Shown: positions 17,787 to 27,846 of the stretch, piece after piece
Layout of the letters: every line of letters starts with the position of its first letter
How positions within the stretch are numbered: the first letter of the stretch is position 1
Virus record (IMG/VR): IMGVR_UViG_3300034283_002790
Location: 1-64,000 of that record
Source of the DNA: a virus
Length of the DNA: 64,000 nucleotides
Direction: 5' to 3' (one strand)
Notes under the pieces: generated by a model
Seen by the model: the letters and a program-made list of their open reading frames with translations, nothing else
The model's database searches: none
Told to the model about the DNA's origin: nothing
Translations under genes and position numbers: made by a program

Positions 17787-18653
17787 ATGAAAATTTTAAT
17801 CGGTTGTCTCTTATTTCGTGAATTTACTGGTTCCGAGATGTATGTGTTCGAACTTGCTAAAAACTTACAAAAGTTAGGGTGTGATGTCACCATCACCTCA
17901 CCTCATATTGGTGGACCACTAACAGATTTGGCCCTTAGTTTAGGAATAAAAGTTCACAATATCAAAGTTCCATTTATAAACAAAAATTACGATATTATTC
18001 ACTCACAACATTATCCCGTAACTCAAACTTTACTCAAGTTATTTCCAAAAAATAAAATGATTTGTACAATTCATTCTGAGGTAATTTCCCTAGAAAACCC
18101 AATTATTCACGAAAACATCAAAAAATACATCACAATCAGACCAGAAATTCAAAATCATATTATAAAAAACTTTTGGATTCCTGAAAATAAAACATGCGTG
18201 ATTTACAATCCAATTGATACCAACAAGTTCAATATGAATGATACAACATCTGGTAATTATACATTATTCGTTGGCACTATAGATTATTTGAGACAAAATA
18301 CTATTAGAGATCTTGTAGATAAAACAAAGTCCGAAAACAAAGAATTATATTTAGTAGGAAAAAATCATGCAAATTATTTGAATGAAATTTTATCTAATCA
18401 CCATGTCAAACATTTCAACCAGACCTATGATGTGGAAAAATTTGTAAAAAATTGTGGTGAAACTGCTGGTATTCTTCTGGGTAGAACCACAATCGAAGGA
18501 TGGTTATGCGGTAAACCTGGATGGATTTATGATATAGATTCAAACGGATCGATCAAAAATAAAACACTACACCAAGTACCAAATAATTTAGAAATATTTA
18601 ATTCAGAAATTGTTGCCCAACAAATAAAAGACGAATATTTAAAAATCTTGTAA
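17787..18653 (+). CDS. Glycosyltransferase, GT4-like, 288 aa
   Basis: GSEMYVFELAKNLQKLGCDV, IIHSQH, IYNPID, LFVG, GRTTIEGWLCGKP. Confidence 0.8.
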   Translation: MKILIGCLLFREFTGSEMYVFELAKNLQKLGCDVTITSPHIGGPLTDLALSLGIKVHNIKVPFINKNYDIIHSQHYPVTQTLLKLFPKNKMICTIHSEVISLENPIIHENIKKYITIRPEIQNHIIKNFWIPENKTCVIYNPIDTNKFNMNDTTSGNYTLFVGTIDYLRQNTIRDLVDKTKSENKELYLVGKNHANYLNEILSNHHVKHFNQTYDVEKFVKNCGETAGILLGRTTIEGWLCGKPGWIYDIDSNGSIKNKTLHQVPNNLEIFNSEIVAQQIKDEYLKIL

Positions 18654-19667
18654 ATGAAAATATTAATTTGTTTTGGAACAAGACCAGAATGGTTAAAAAT
18701 AAAACCTTTATTAACCGTTTTTAATAAGAAAAATTATGATCTTCTTTTTACTGGTCAACATCAGGACTTACTGACGGATATTGATTTTGATTATGAAATT
18801 AATATTTTTTCCAAAAATAATAGACTCGATGATATTTTAATCTCTTGTATGTCGAATTTCCCGAAACAAAAGTATGACTATGTTTTAGTTCAGGGAGACA
18901 CTGGATCTGCTTTGGGATGTGCTCTCGCGGCATATAATAGAAAAATTAAAATAATCCACTTAGAAGCGGGATTAAGAACTTATGATGATAAAAATCCTTA
19001 TCCGGAAGAATCCTATAGACAACTTATTTCTAGAATTTCGGACATAAATTTGTGTCCAACTGAACTTTCACTAACAAATCTTAATAATGAGAAAGTTAAA
19101 GGTAAATCCTTTGTGGTCGGTAACACAGTTTTGGATAATCTTTATGAAACAAAAAAAAACTCAACATACGGAAACAAAGTTCTCATAACCTTACATAGAA
19201 GAGAAAATCACGAAATAATGGAAACCTGGTTCAAAACTTTAAATAATTTGAGTGAAAAATTTAGTAACCTTGAGTTTATATTCCCAATTCATCCAAACCC
19301 AAATGTCAAAAAATTTGAAACGTTGTTAAGTGATAACATTAAAGTTATAGAACCTCTGGAACATAAAGAACTTGTGAATCTTTTATTAAATACAAAATTT
19401 GTAATTACTGATAGTGGTGGAATACAAGAAGAGTCGTCATTCTTGAATAAAAAGGTTATTGTATGTCGTAAAACAACAGAGAGGCCCGAGGGAATTGAAA
19501 CCGGTCATATTCATTTATGCGAATCACCAGACCGACTAATTGAAATGGTTTACAAAATAGATTCAAATTATTATATTGATAATGTGTGCCCCTACGGAGA
19601 TGGTCAGTCTTCGATAAAAATTTTAAATATTTTAATAAATGATTACAGTAATATTGAACGGATATAA
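18654..19667 (+). CDS. wecB: UDP-N-acetylglucosamine 2-epimerase (non-hydrolysing)
   Basis: FGTRPE, TGQH, VQGDT, HLEAGLR, YPEE, VGNT, TLHRREN, TDSGGIQEE, TERPEG, YGDG. Confidence 0.93.
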   Translation: MKILICFGTRPEWLKIKPLLTVFNKKNYDLLFTGQHQDLLTDIDFDYEINIFSKNNRLDDILISCMSNFPKQKYDYVLVQGDTGSALGCALAAYNRKIKIIHLEAGLRTYDDKNPYPEESYRQLISRISDINLCPTELSLTNLNNEKVKGKSFVVGNTVLDNLYETKKNSTYGNKVLITLHRRENHEIMETWFKTLNNLSEKFSNLEFIFPIHPNPNVKKFETLLSDNIKVIEPLEHKELVNLLLNTKFVITDSGGIQEESSFLNKKVIVCRKTTERPEGIETGHIHLCESPDRLIEMVYKIDSNYYIDNVCPYGDGQSSIKILNILINDYSNIERI

Positions 19668-20364
19668 AAGATCTTCTCATTTTAACAACCAATTGAACGC
19701 AATTAGAAATCAAACAATGAAGCCTAGTCAGATTCTTTTTTGGCAAAACAAAGGTGAGGATTTTGATAAAAGTCTAACAGAACAAACAATCCACGCTAGT
19801 TGTAATCATAATCTTGGTGTTTGGGCGAGATTTGCATTTGCACTCAACGCAAGGACAGAATACGTTTGTGTTTTTGATGATGACACAATTCCAGGAAAAA
19901 AATGGTTGGAAAATTGTTATAACACTATTCAAACCCATGATGGTCTATTAGGCACAATTGGAGTCAAGTTTCATGATTCTAAAAATTATGTAAAACATAC
20001 AAGGGTTGGTTGGGACAAACCAAATGAAAATACTGAAGTAGTCGATATCGTTGGGCATTCTTGGTTTTTCAAAAGGGAAGATCTTTCAGTATTTTGGCGT
20101 GAGTTACCAGATATAACCCATAGTCCGATTGTCGGTGAAGACATGCATTTTTCGTACATGTTGCAAAAGTATACCAACAAAAAAACTTATGTCCCTCCAC
20201 ACCCAATTTTAGATTCTGAAATGTGGGGAAGTAACCCCAAATCTGCTTGGCAAATTGGTACTGACTCTGTTGCAATTTCTCGTAACCCATCAAACATGAA
20301 TATAATGAACGATTGTTTTGTGAATTATGTCAATAAAGGTTTTAAATTGTTAAAAAATGGATAA
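19639..20364 (+). CDS. Glycosyltransferase, GT-A fold, 241 aa
   Basis: NLGVWARF, YVCVFDDD (DXD), VDIVGH, GEDMHFS. Confidence 0.7.
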   Translation: MITVILNGYKRSSHFNNQLNAIRNQTMKPSQILFWQNKGEDFDKSLTEQTIHASCNHNLGVWARFAFALNARTEYVCVFDDDTIPGKKWLENCYNTIQTHDGLLGTIGVKFHDSKNYVKHTRVGWDKPNENTEVVDIVGHSWFFKREDLSVFWRELPDITHSPIVGEDMHFSYMLQKYTNKKTYVPPHPILDSEMWGSNPKSAWQIGTDSVAISRNPSNMNIMNDCFVNYVNKGFKLLKNG

Positions 20365-21076
20365 ATTTGATTCCGACTTTGATTTTTTTTGGGATAAAAT
20401 AAATTCTAATGAAAATTTTACTTTTGCTCGATATGCAGATGGTGAAATATTGTTAATGAAAGGTCTGACTGTTGGTTCAAACACTCAGGCATATAATGTA
20501 GATAAATGGTCAAGTGGGAACGGAATATCTAAAGTCGGAAAAGAACTTTTAAATTCCCTGAACCATCAGGAAGACAATTATTACTATGCAATTTCCTCAA
20601 AAACCGATAATCCAAGTGACTATAGTTTTTTAGTAAATAATATTAAAAACACCCAAAATTTAACATTTGTAAATCTTTGGATTAATAATAATTATAATAG
20701 ATCAAAAGAAAAATACCAATCTTTGAAAAGACCGGTCAATATGATTTGCAACGAAAATGCAAAAATAGAAAATTTCCCCTTTCCGATTAAAAGTTTAACT
20801 TATTTTCCTAATGACTGTATAAATTTTTGGGAAAAAAACTCCGATAAATACTTGAGGGATCTCTATGAAAAGTTTTCCAATGTTGAAGACAATTTGTTTT
20901 TTATTTCTTGTGGTCCGGTTTCTGAAATAATAATTGATTATTTGTACAGAGCGTTCCCAAACAATACTTATATAGATGTTGGGTCATCAATTGATGAATT
21001 TGTTCACGGAAAAAAAACTAGGCCATATATGTTCGATAATACGATATATAGTAAAATGAAATCTTATTTCGATTAA
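20357..21076 (+). CDS. Putative GT-D fold (DUF1792-like) glycosyltransferase, 239 aa
   Basis: FTFARYADGE resembles the RFGDGE motif. FISCGP and IDVGSSID resemble the GP...IDIGH segment. Confidence 0.55.
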   Translation: MDKFDSDFDFFWDKINSNENFTFARYADGEILLMKGLTVGSNTQAYNVDKWSSGNGISKVGKELLNSLNHQEDNYYYAISSKTDNPSDYSFLVNNIKNTQNLTFVNLWINNNYNRSKEKYQSLKRPVNMICNENAKIENFPFPIKSLTYFPNDCINFWEKNSDKYLRDLYEKFSNVEDNLFFISCGPVSEIIIDYLYRAFPNNTYIDVGSSIDEFVHGKKTRPYMFDNTIYSKMKSYFD

Positions 21077-21664
21077 ATGAAAGATTTAGTTATATTAATA
21101 CAGGGACCATCTTCAAATGTCAAACAACTTAAATCACTTTGGTCCGATTTTCCAGTTCTTTGGTCTACCTGGACAGGTCAGGAAAATAATTATAACGATT
21201 CAGACATTACTCTTTTTAACACTTTACCGTCTAACCCAGGACAAAAAAACATAAATTTACAAAAAGTATCGACTTTGAATGGTATAAAACTTGCTCGAGA
21301 ACTTGGGTTTTCTAGAGTTTTAAAATGGAGAAGTGATCTTATACCTACTAATACAGTAAAATTGGTAAACTGTTTGGATAAAGAAAAAATAAATTTTCTT
21401 ACCTGGCATTCTTCGTGTAATTATTTTGTTGATTATTTTATGGAGACCACAATAGATGAGATGGAAAAAATTTGGTCATTTGATAATTTGAGTAATCTAG
21501 TACCCGAAGAAACAATAACTGAACAAATACTGAAAATTGAAAATAAAAAATATAATTATATATTAGATTATTTATCAGATGATTGTGAAATTTTTTGGAC
21601 AAAGTATAATATAAACCTTTCTTCTTATAAAAAAGAAAGTTGTTACATGTTGAATAGACCATAA
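21077..21664 (+). CDS. WavE-like polysaccharide-synthesis protein, 195 aa
   Basis: ILIQGP...WSTW...NINLQKVSTLNGI...VLKWRSD pattern. Confidence 0.6.
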   Translation: MKDLVILIQGPSSNVKQLKSLWSDFPVLWSTWTGQENNYNDSDITLFNTLPSNPGQKNINLQKVSTLNGIKLARELGFSRVLKWRSDLIPTNTVKLVNCLDKEKINFLTWHSSCNYFVDYFMETTIDEMEKIWSFDNLSNLVPEETITEQILKIENKKYNYILDYLSDDCEIFWTKYNINLSSYKKESCYMLNRP

Positions 21665-23037
21665 TGAATGTTAAACTAATAATTTTTGATCTGGATGGTG
21701 TTTTGGTAGATGCTAAAAACATACATTACGAAACTTTAAACAAATCATTAGGTCTGATCGATAGTAGATTTGTTATATCTTGGTCTGATCATCTTAGTAA
21801 ATATGACGGTTTAAAAACAAATCAAAAGTTAGAAATTTTATCTGAAGAACGAGGTTTACCAGTAGAGTTACATAAAATTGTGTGGAAAGAAAAACAAAGA
21901 TTAACATTGGACTCTTTAGAAAATTTACAAAAATCGGAAAAACTAATATCAGTATTTTCAAAATTGACTGATGAAGGATACAAAATTGCATGTTGTTCAA
22001 ATTCTATAAGAAAAACTGTTTTAACAGTCCTATCAAAGTTGGGGATAATACAATTCTTTGATTTAATTTTGTCTAACGAGGACGTACAAAATAGTAAACC
22101 TCACCCTGAAATATACTGGTCAGGTATTGCTAAGTTAGGATTTTTACCAGAAGAAACCCTTATAGTTGAAGATTCTCCTCATGGACTGTTGGCGGCATCT
22201 CGAAGCAAATCTCACGTTTTTCGAGTTTTATCTCCTGAGGAGGTTACATATGAAAATATTATTAATAAAATAAACAAAATAAACCAAACAAAAGTTATGA
22301 AAATTCCGAAATGGGTTGATAATAATTTAAATGTATTAATTCCTATGGCCGGAGCGGGGTCAAGATTTGAACAATCTGGGTATACCTTTCCAAAACCACT
22401 AATAGATGTTAATGGCGAACCAATGATTAAAGTTGTGACAGAAAATTTAAATATAGATGCAACTTTTATTTATATTGTTCAAAAAAAACATAGAGAAAAA
22501 TATAATCTTGATACTTTATTAAGTTTAATATCACCAAATTGTAAAATTATTGAAGTTGATGGACTGACAGAAGGGGCCGCATGTACTTCTCTTTTGGCAA
22601 AAGAATTAATTAATAATGATCAACCATTATTAATGGCTAACTCAGATCAATTTATCGAGTGGGATTCAAACGAATTTATTTATAAAATGAATGAGACAGA
22701 ATCAGACGGAGGAATCGTCACATTTAAATCTTCTCACCCGAAATGGTCATTTGCAAAAATAGACCAAAGTGGGTTTGTAATTGAAGTTGCGGAAAAAAAA
22801 CCAATTTCTGACATTGCGACTGTTGGGATTTATTATTGGAAAAAGGGATCTGATTATGTGAAATACGCCGAACAAATGATTTCTAATGACATACGTGTTA
22901 ATAATGAATTCTATGTTTGTCCGGTTTTTAATGAGGCAATTAACGACGGTAAAAAAATAAGAACTTTCAATGTTGACAAAATGTGGGGTATTGGCACACC
23001 GGAAGATTTAAATTATTTTTTAGAAAATTATAAGTAA
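21664..23037 (+). CDS. HAD phosphatase and sugar-phosphate nucleotidyltransferase fusion, 457 aa
   Basis: HAD motifs FDLDGVL, SNS, KPHP, VEDS in the N half. IPMAGAGSRF...PKPLI, EKKP and GTPEDL in the C half. Confidence 0.88.
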   Translation: MNVKLIIFDLDGVLVDAKNIHYETLNKSLGLIDSRFVISWSDHLSKYDGLKTNQKLEILSEERGLPVELHKIVWKEKQRLTLDSLENLQKSEKLISVFSKLTDEGYKIACCSNSIRKTVLTVLSKLGIIQFFDLILSNEDVQNSKPHPEIYWSGIAKLGFLPEETLIVEDSPHGLLAASRSKSHVFRVLSPEEVTYENIINKINKINQTKVMKIPKWVDNNLNVLIPMAGAGSRFEQSGYTFPKPLIDVNGEPMIKVVTENLNIDATFIYIVQKKHREKYNLDTLLSLISPNCKIIEVDGLTEGAACTSLLAKELINNDQPLLMANSDQFIEWDSNEFIYKMNETESDGGIVTFKSSHPKWSFAKIDQSGFVIEVAEKKPISDIATVGIYYWKKGSDYVKYAEQMISNDIRVNNEFYVCPVFNEAINDGKKIRTFNVDKMWGIGTPEDLNYFLENYK

Positions 23038-23705
23038 TGGTTATTTTTTATAAAAATTATAAGAGAAGTGAAAGAACATTTTTATCTATTCAATCAGTAA
23101 AACACCTTTTTCCTGAATTGGATGTTAGATGTTTGTTTCTTTATGATCAAACCTATGACGAATACTCAAATGTAATTTCTAAATTCGAGTCTTTAGGAAT
23201 CAAATGTTATGGTGATCAAAAAAAATATAACTTTAACGAAATCTCGGGTGCCGGAAGTGAATATAATGGGTTTTATTTCACAGAAGGGATTAATAAAATA
23301 CAAAATATTATGTGTAAATTTGATGGTAAATTATTAGTTTTGGACGAAGATTCCTATTTTACAACTGGTATTACTATTAAATTTTTATTAGAAGAACAAT
23401 ATGATTTAGCATATTGTAATTGGCCATCACCCACCCTTAAACATCCGATTGGAATAAATGGAAGTGTGATATCCTTTAACCCCAAAAAAATTATGAATGT
23501 TTTTCCCCTTCCGGAAAAAAAAGAATATATTGAGGATTTATTAGGAGTTAATTTGTATGATAAGTGTTTATCACAAAACTTTAAAGTAGTTAAAATTCCA
23601 ACAAGAGATTACGTAAATTATTTTGAAGACGGTAGGCATACAAATGATATTAATGAAATAAAAAATGATTTAATAAAATATAAAATTGAATTTAAAGAAT
23701 TATGA
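23037..23705 (+). CDS. Putative glycosyltransferase, 222 aa
   Basis: DXD-like LVLDEDSY and position within the GT cluster. Confidence 0.45.
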   Translation: MVIFYKNYKRSERTFLSIQSVKHLFPELDVRCLFLYDQTYDEYSNVISKFESLGIKCYGDQKKYNFNEISGAGSEYNGFYFTEGINKIQNIMCKFDGKLLVLDEDSYFTTGITIKFLLEEQYDLAYCNWPSPTLKHPIGINGSVISFNPKKIMNVFPLPEKKEYIEDLLGVNLYDKCLSQNFKVVKIPTRDYVNYFEDGRHTNDINEIKNDLIKYKIEFKEL

Positions 23706-24133
23706 AAAAATTATATACTGGGGGTACTTTTGATTTGTTTCATTATGGACATATTAATTTTCTGAGACAATGTTCTCTTTTGTGTGATCAAGTCATTGTA
23801 TCTTTGAACACTGACGAATTCGTGTCGTCTTATAAAAAATCTCCACCTATTTTGTCTTACAAGGAAAGAGAATTATCTCTTAGAAGTTGTAAATACGTTC
23901 ACGATGTTATACCCAATATTGCTAATCATGATAGTAAACCATCTATAATGTTAGTGAAACCAGACATAATTGCAATTGGTGATGATTGGGCAAAAAAAGA
24001 TTATTATTCACAAATGCAATTTTCTCAAGAATGGTTAGATAATAATAATATACTTTTAGTTTATTTATCATATACTTCTGGTATCAGCACTACTGATATT
24101 AAAAACAGAATAAAATCTTCTTTTGAAAAATGA
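23702..24133 (+). CDS. Cytidylyltransferase (TagD/RfaE-like), 143 aa
   Basis: YTGGTFDLFHYGH (HxGH), GDDW, SGISTT. Confidence 0.88.
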   Translation: MKKLYTGGTFDLFHYGHINFLRQCSLLCDQVIVSLNTDEFVSSYKKSPPILSYKERELSLRSCKYVHDVIPNIANHDSKPSIMLVKPDIIAIGDDWAKKDYYSQMQFSQEWLDNNNILLVYLSYTSGISTTDIKNRIKSSFEK

Positions 24134-24576
24134 TTTTTTTAATTTCACATCGAGGAAATATCAATGGTAAAATTAATGAATTAGAAAATAATCCCAATTA
24201 TGTTGACAAAGCGTTACGTTTGGGTTATGATGTTGAAATAGATATATGGGTAATTGAGGGTCAAATTTTCTTAGGTCATGATGAACCTCAATATCAAGTT
24301 TCAATAGACTGGTTATATAAAAGAAAAAATGAATTGTGGATTCACTGTAAAAATATTGAATCTATTGAATACTTTAATAAATTGATGGGTACTTACAATT
24401 ATTTTTGGCACCAAGAAGATACTGTAACTTTAACTTCTAAAAATTTCATCTGGGCATACCCAGGTAAACAACCAATAAAAAATAGTATTTCAGTATTGCC
24501 AGAACTATTCAATGATGATGTTTCAAACACGATTGGAATCTGTTCGGATTATATCGAAAAATATAAATCAATTTGA
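24130..24576 (+). CDS. Glycerophosphodiester phosphodiesterase-like protein, 148 aa
   Basis: ISHRGN, GYDVEIDIW, LGHD, WIHCKN, GICSD. Confidence 0.65.
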   Translation: MIFLISHRGNINGKINELENNPNYVDKALRLGYDVEIDIWVIEGQIFLGHDEPQYQVSIDWLYKRKNELWIHCKNIESIEYFNKLMGTYNYFWHQEDTVTLTSKNFIWAYPGKQPIKNSISVLPELFNDDVSNTIGICSDYIEKYKSI

Positions 24577-24580
24577 TATT

Positions 24581-25297
24581 ATGAATGAAATTGCAATAAT
24601 TATACAAGGACCATTGATTATAGACGATTTATATCAAAAACAAGTAAATATCTTACCGAAACAACTTGAAAGTTTTTGCGATTTCCCAAAACAAATAATA
24701 TTTTCAACTTGGGAACATTATAAACAAGAAAATTTACCTGTCGATGAATTTAATTTTATATTCAATGAACTACCCCCAGAACATGGACAGTTAAATTTAT
24801 GGTTACAAAAAAAATCAACGATTGAAGGTTTAAAAAGGGCAAAAGATTTAAATTTCAAATACGCACTGAAACTGAGATCAGATATGGTATTGTCAAACCC
24901 TGGAAGATTTTTTTCATTAATGAACTTGGAAAAGTTAAATTTTTTGTGTTGGAATCATCATCAATCTTATGTAGGTTTACCTGGTTACTTGACCGATTTT
25001 ATTATGTTTGGAGAAATAGATGAGATGATAAAACTGTGGGAAATTGATGAGGATTTTGCAAATGGTCCAGAGATTATGATGACAGAAAATTTAATTAAAA
25101 ATTGTAATAGTGATATTGAGTATTTTTTAAATAAATTAAGTGAGGATTGCGACTTGTTTTGGGTCAAAAATCAATTTAATTTTTCAATTTTTCCATTGAA
25201 TAAACCTAAACCCACGGTTTGTAACAAACCTTGGTATGTTTTTTCAGAAACAAAGGAATATCTTAATAAAAATTATTTAAACTGTTTTAATCGATAA
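24581..25297 (+). CDS. Second WavE-like protein, about 238 aa
   Basis: IIIQGP...FSTW...LQKKSTIEGL...ALKLRSD, a paralogue of 21077..21664. ATG at 24581 avoids overlap with the upstream gene. Confidence 0.6.
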   Translation: MNEIAIIIQGPLIIDDLYQKQVNILPKQLESFCDFPKQIIFSTWEHYKQENLPVDEFNFIFNELPPEHGQLNLWLQKKSTIEGLKRAKDLNFKYALKLRSDMVLSNPGRFFSLMNLEKLNFLCWNHHQSYVGLPGYLTDFIMFGEIDEMIKLWEIDEDFANGPEIMMTENLIKNCNSDIEYFLNKLSEDCDLFWVKNQFNFSIFPLNKPKPTVCNKPWYVFSETKEYLNKNYLNCFNR

Positions 25298-25299
25298 AA

Positions 25300-26001
25300 A
25301 TGATTCCTCAAATTTTGTATACAAATAAAAATTGTGAAGATGTATGGCAAATTTTTTATGACCAAAATAAAAAATTCTATAACGGTGAACTTTATGTCAT
25401 AACCGACAAAGATGAGTTTCTTGATGTTGATCAAAACAAAATTTATACATATAAAAACTCCGAACCATATTGGCAAGTTTGGGTAAGTGCTCTTGAAAAA
25501 TTTGGTGTGGAAAATTTTATTTATCTCCAAGAAGATTTTATTTTATATGATTATGTTGATGAAAAAAAAATTATCGAACTTCAAAATGTTTTGAATTCGT
25601 CGGATTATTCATTTGTACGACTTATAAAGTCTGGTAACCTTAACAATAAAAAAATTGAAAATAACTTGTTTGAAATAGAATCGAACAATCAAGATATTTT
25701 TTCTATGCAACCAACAATTTGGAAAACTAAAGATTATTCTAAATTAATGTCTGGGGTTAAAGAAATAAAATGGTTAGAAAATTATAAATATAGAGAATTT
25801 ATGGTTGATAAAAATATGAAAGGATTGTATTATTATAATGAAGAAAAAAAAAGAGGTCTTAATCATTATGATAGTTCTATCTATCCATATATCGCAACAG
25901 CATTAGTGAGAGGTAAGTGGAATTTAAGTGAATATAATTTTGAGTTAAAACCACTTCTAGAAAAATATAAAATTGAAATTAATTTAAGAGGAATATTTTA
26001 A
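25300..26001 (+). CDS. Putative glycosyltransferase, 233 aa
   Basis: FIYLQEDFIL, QPTIW and IVRGKW-like pattern, plus cluster context. Confidence 0.45.
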   Translation: MIPQILYTNKNCEDVWQIFYDQNKKFYNGELYVITDKDEFLDVDQNKIYTYKNSEPYWQVWVSALEKFGVENFIYLQEDFILYDYVDEKKIIELQNVLNSSDYSFVRLIKSGNLNNKKIENNLFEIESNNQDIFSMQPTIWKTKDYSKLMSGVKEIKWLENYKYREFMVDKNMKGLYYYNEEKKRGLNHYDSSIYPYIATALVRGKWNLSEYNFELKPLLEKYKIEINLRGIF

Positions 26002-26002
26002 A

Positions 26003-26614
26003 ATGTTAATAGATTTAAAACACGTTCAAAAAAAGTATAACTTGAATATAAATGGGGTGATTCATGTTGGTGCTCATTTTGGGGAAGAACACGAAACTTA
26101 TTTAGATATGGGTATAGATAAAATAGTCTATTTTGAACCAGTAAATAAAACTTTTAAAGTCCTTGAAGAAAGAATAAAAGACTTTCCGTTGTTTAATTGT
26201 GCGTTAGGTTCAACTGAAATGACAACAACAATGTTTATTGAGGACGAAGACAAGTTTGGATGTTCGTCAATTCTGGAACCTAGTGACAACTATATCGGAC
26301 ATGCGTTGTTTTCAGAAAAACAAATTGTGCAGATCAAGACTTTGGATTCATTTGAATTTTCAGATTTTAATTTTTTAAATATTGATGTTCAAGGTTATGA
26401 ATTAGAGGTATTAAAAGGATCAAAAGAAACTTTAAATAATATTGATTATATTATGTGTGAAGTTCATCGTAATGTAAAAGAAAAAAATTTGGACTATATT
26501 AATTCACCATTGATAGAGGATATTAATAACTTTTTGAGTGACTTCGGATTCGTTTTATGTGAACAAAATTGGGCGGGCATAAGTTGGGGTGATGCATTTT
26601 ATATAAAAAAATAG
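26003..26614 (+). CDS. FkbM-family SAM methyltransferase, 203 aa
   Basis: IHVGAHFGEE, FEP, TLD, LNIDVQGYELEVLKG, WGDAFY. Confidence 0.88.
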   Translation: MLIDLKHVQKKYNLNINGVIHVGAHFGEEHETYLDMGIDKIVYFEPVNKTFKVLEERIKDFPLFNCALGSTEMTTTMFIEDEDKFGCSSILEPSDNYIGHALFSEKQIVQIKTLDSFEFSDFNFLNIDVQGYELEVLKGSKETLNNIDYIMCEVHRNVKEKNLDYINSPLIEDINNFLSDFGFVLCEQNWAGISWGDAFYIKK

Positions 26615-26616
26615 AT

Positions 26617-27108
26617 ATGATAGAAATAGTAAATTTTAATGGTAAGACTTATCCCATGTTTCAAACAAAAGGATTTGCATCAAAATATTGTTTTCCTTTT
26701 GCAAAGGAAGTCTGTACAGGCACTGGATATGATATTGGATGCATGAAAGAAGAATGGTCTTTACCTGGATCAATACCGATAGATCTTTCTTTTGATGATG
26801 ATTATCATGCAAACAACTTACCTGAAGGTGAAGTTGATTACATATTTAGTTCTCATTGTTTAGAACACATAAATGATTGGGTGGGAACTCTAAATTACTG
26901 GGACACTAAAATTAAAAATGGTGGAGTTATTTTTTTGTACCTACCAGATTACTCCCAAGAATATTGGAGACCTTGGAATAACAGGAAACATTTTAATATA
27001 CTCAAACCTGAGTATCTGATGGATTATTTCAAAAACAAAAATTATAGAAAAATATTTGTTTCTGGAATCGATCTGTATAACAGTTTTATGGTAATGGTTG
27101 AAAAATGA
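26617..27108 (+). CDS. Class I SAM-dependent methyltransferase, 163 aa
   Basis: GYDIGC, DYIFSSHCLEH, GGVIFLYLP. Confidence 0.8.
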   Translation: MIEIVNFNGKTYPMFQTKGFASKYCFPFAKEVCTGTGYDIGCMKEEWSLPGSIPIDLSFDDDYHANNLPEGEVDYIFSSHCLEHINDWVGTLNYWDTKIKNGGVIFLYLPDYSQEYWRPWNNRKHFNILKPEYLMDYFKNKNYRKIFVSGIDLYNSFMVMVEK

Positions 27109-27842
27109 AAAAAGTATTGATTCATCAACCATACAAGTATGGGGACTTCATCAATTTAATACCTATGGCTCAAAAATTAAAAAATTTGGGTTATCAGGTT
27201 GTGTTCCCACACTCTAGACATACTCAAGATCTTGTGGAATATTTGGAAGGTATTGAAACCTTTGAAATAGGTCCTACCGATATCTCAACTAGTAAGAAAT
27301 ATTGCCTAGAAAACGATGCTATTTTAGTTGATTGTCAATTTTCTGATAATTACAATAGTTTATGTACAGTACATGGCGGTAATTTATTTATAGAAGAAAT
27401 TAAATACTATGTTGCGGAAGATATTCTAAAGTGTGGTTTGAAATATGAAGAAAAATATAATCTAGTTTGGAATAGAAATTATGAGAGGGAGGAAAAATTG
27501 AAAAAAATTTTGAAAATTGGTGATAATGAAAAATACAGTATTTCTCATCTCGTGGGTGATAATGGTCGTTTTGGAAAAATTCCAGATGAGTTTACAAGTA
27601 CAAAAATTATTGAGGTGAAGAGAATAAATGGTTTTTCTTTGTTCGATTGGTTTCCAATTATAATGAATGCTGAAAACATATTTACAATTCAAAGTTCCGT
27701 TCAATGTTTTGTAGATTGTATTAAAAAACAACTAAAACATAAAAACTTTTTTTTACTAAACGACTCTGTGGAAAAAGATCGTCTTTTGGTACCGGCATAT
27801 GACTGGAACACATCGTATTTTGTAAATAAAAGATTAAGATAA
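27105..27842 (+). CDS. Putative glycosyltransferase (GT9-like N terminus), 245 aa
   Basis: HQPYKYGDFINLIP start resembles GD(x)3P of GT9-type enzymes; cluster context. Weak assignment. Confidence 0.35.
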   Translation: MKKVLIHQPYKYGDFINLIPMAQKLKNLGYQVVFPHSRHTQDLVEYLEGIETFEIGPTDISTSKKYCLENDAILVDCQFSDNYNSLCTVHGGNLFIEEIKYYVAEDILKCGLKYEEKYNLVWNRNYEREEKLKKILKIGDNEKYSISHLVGDNGRFGKIPDEFTSTKIIEVKRINGFSLFDWFPIIMNAENIFTIQSSVQCFVDCIKKQLKHKNFFLLNDSVEKDRLLVPAYDWNTSYFVNKRLR

Positions 27843-27846
27843 TGAT

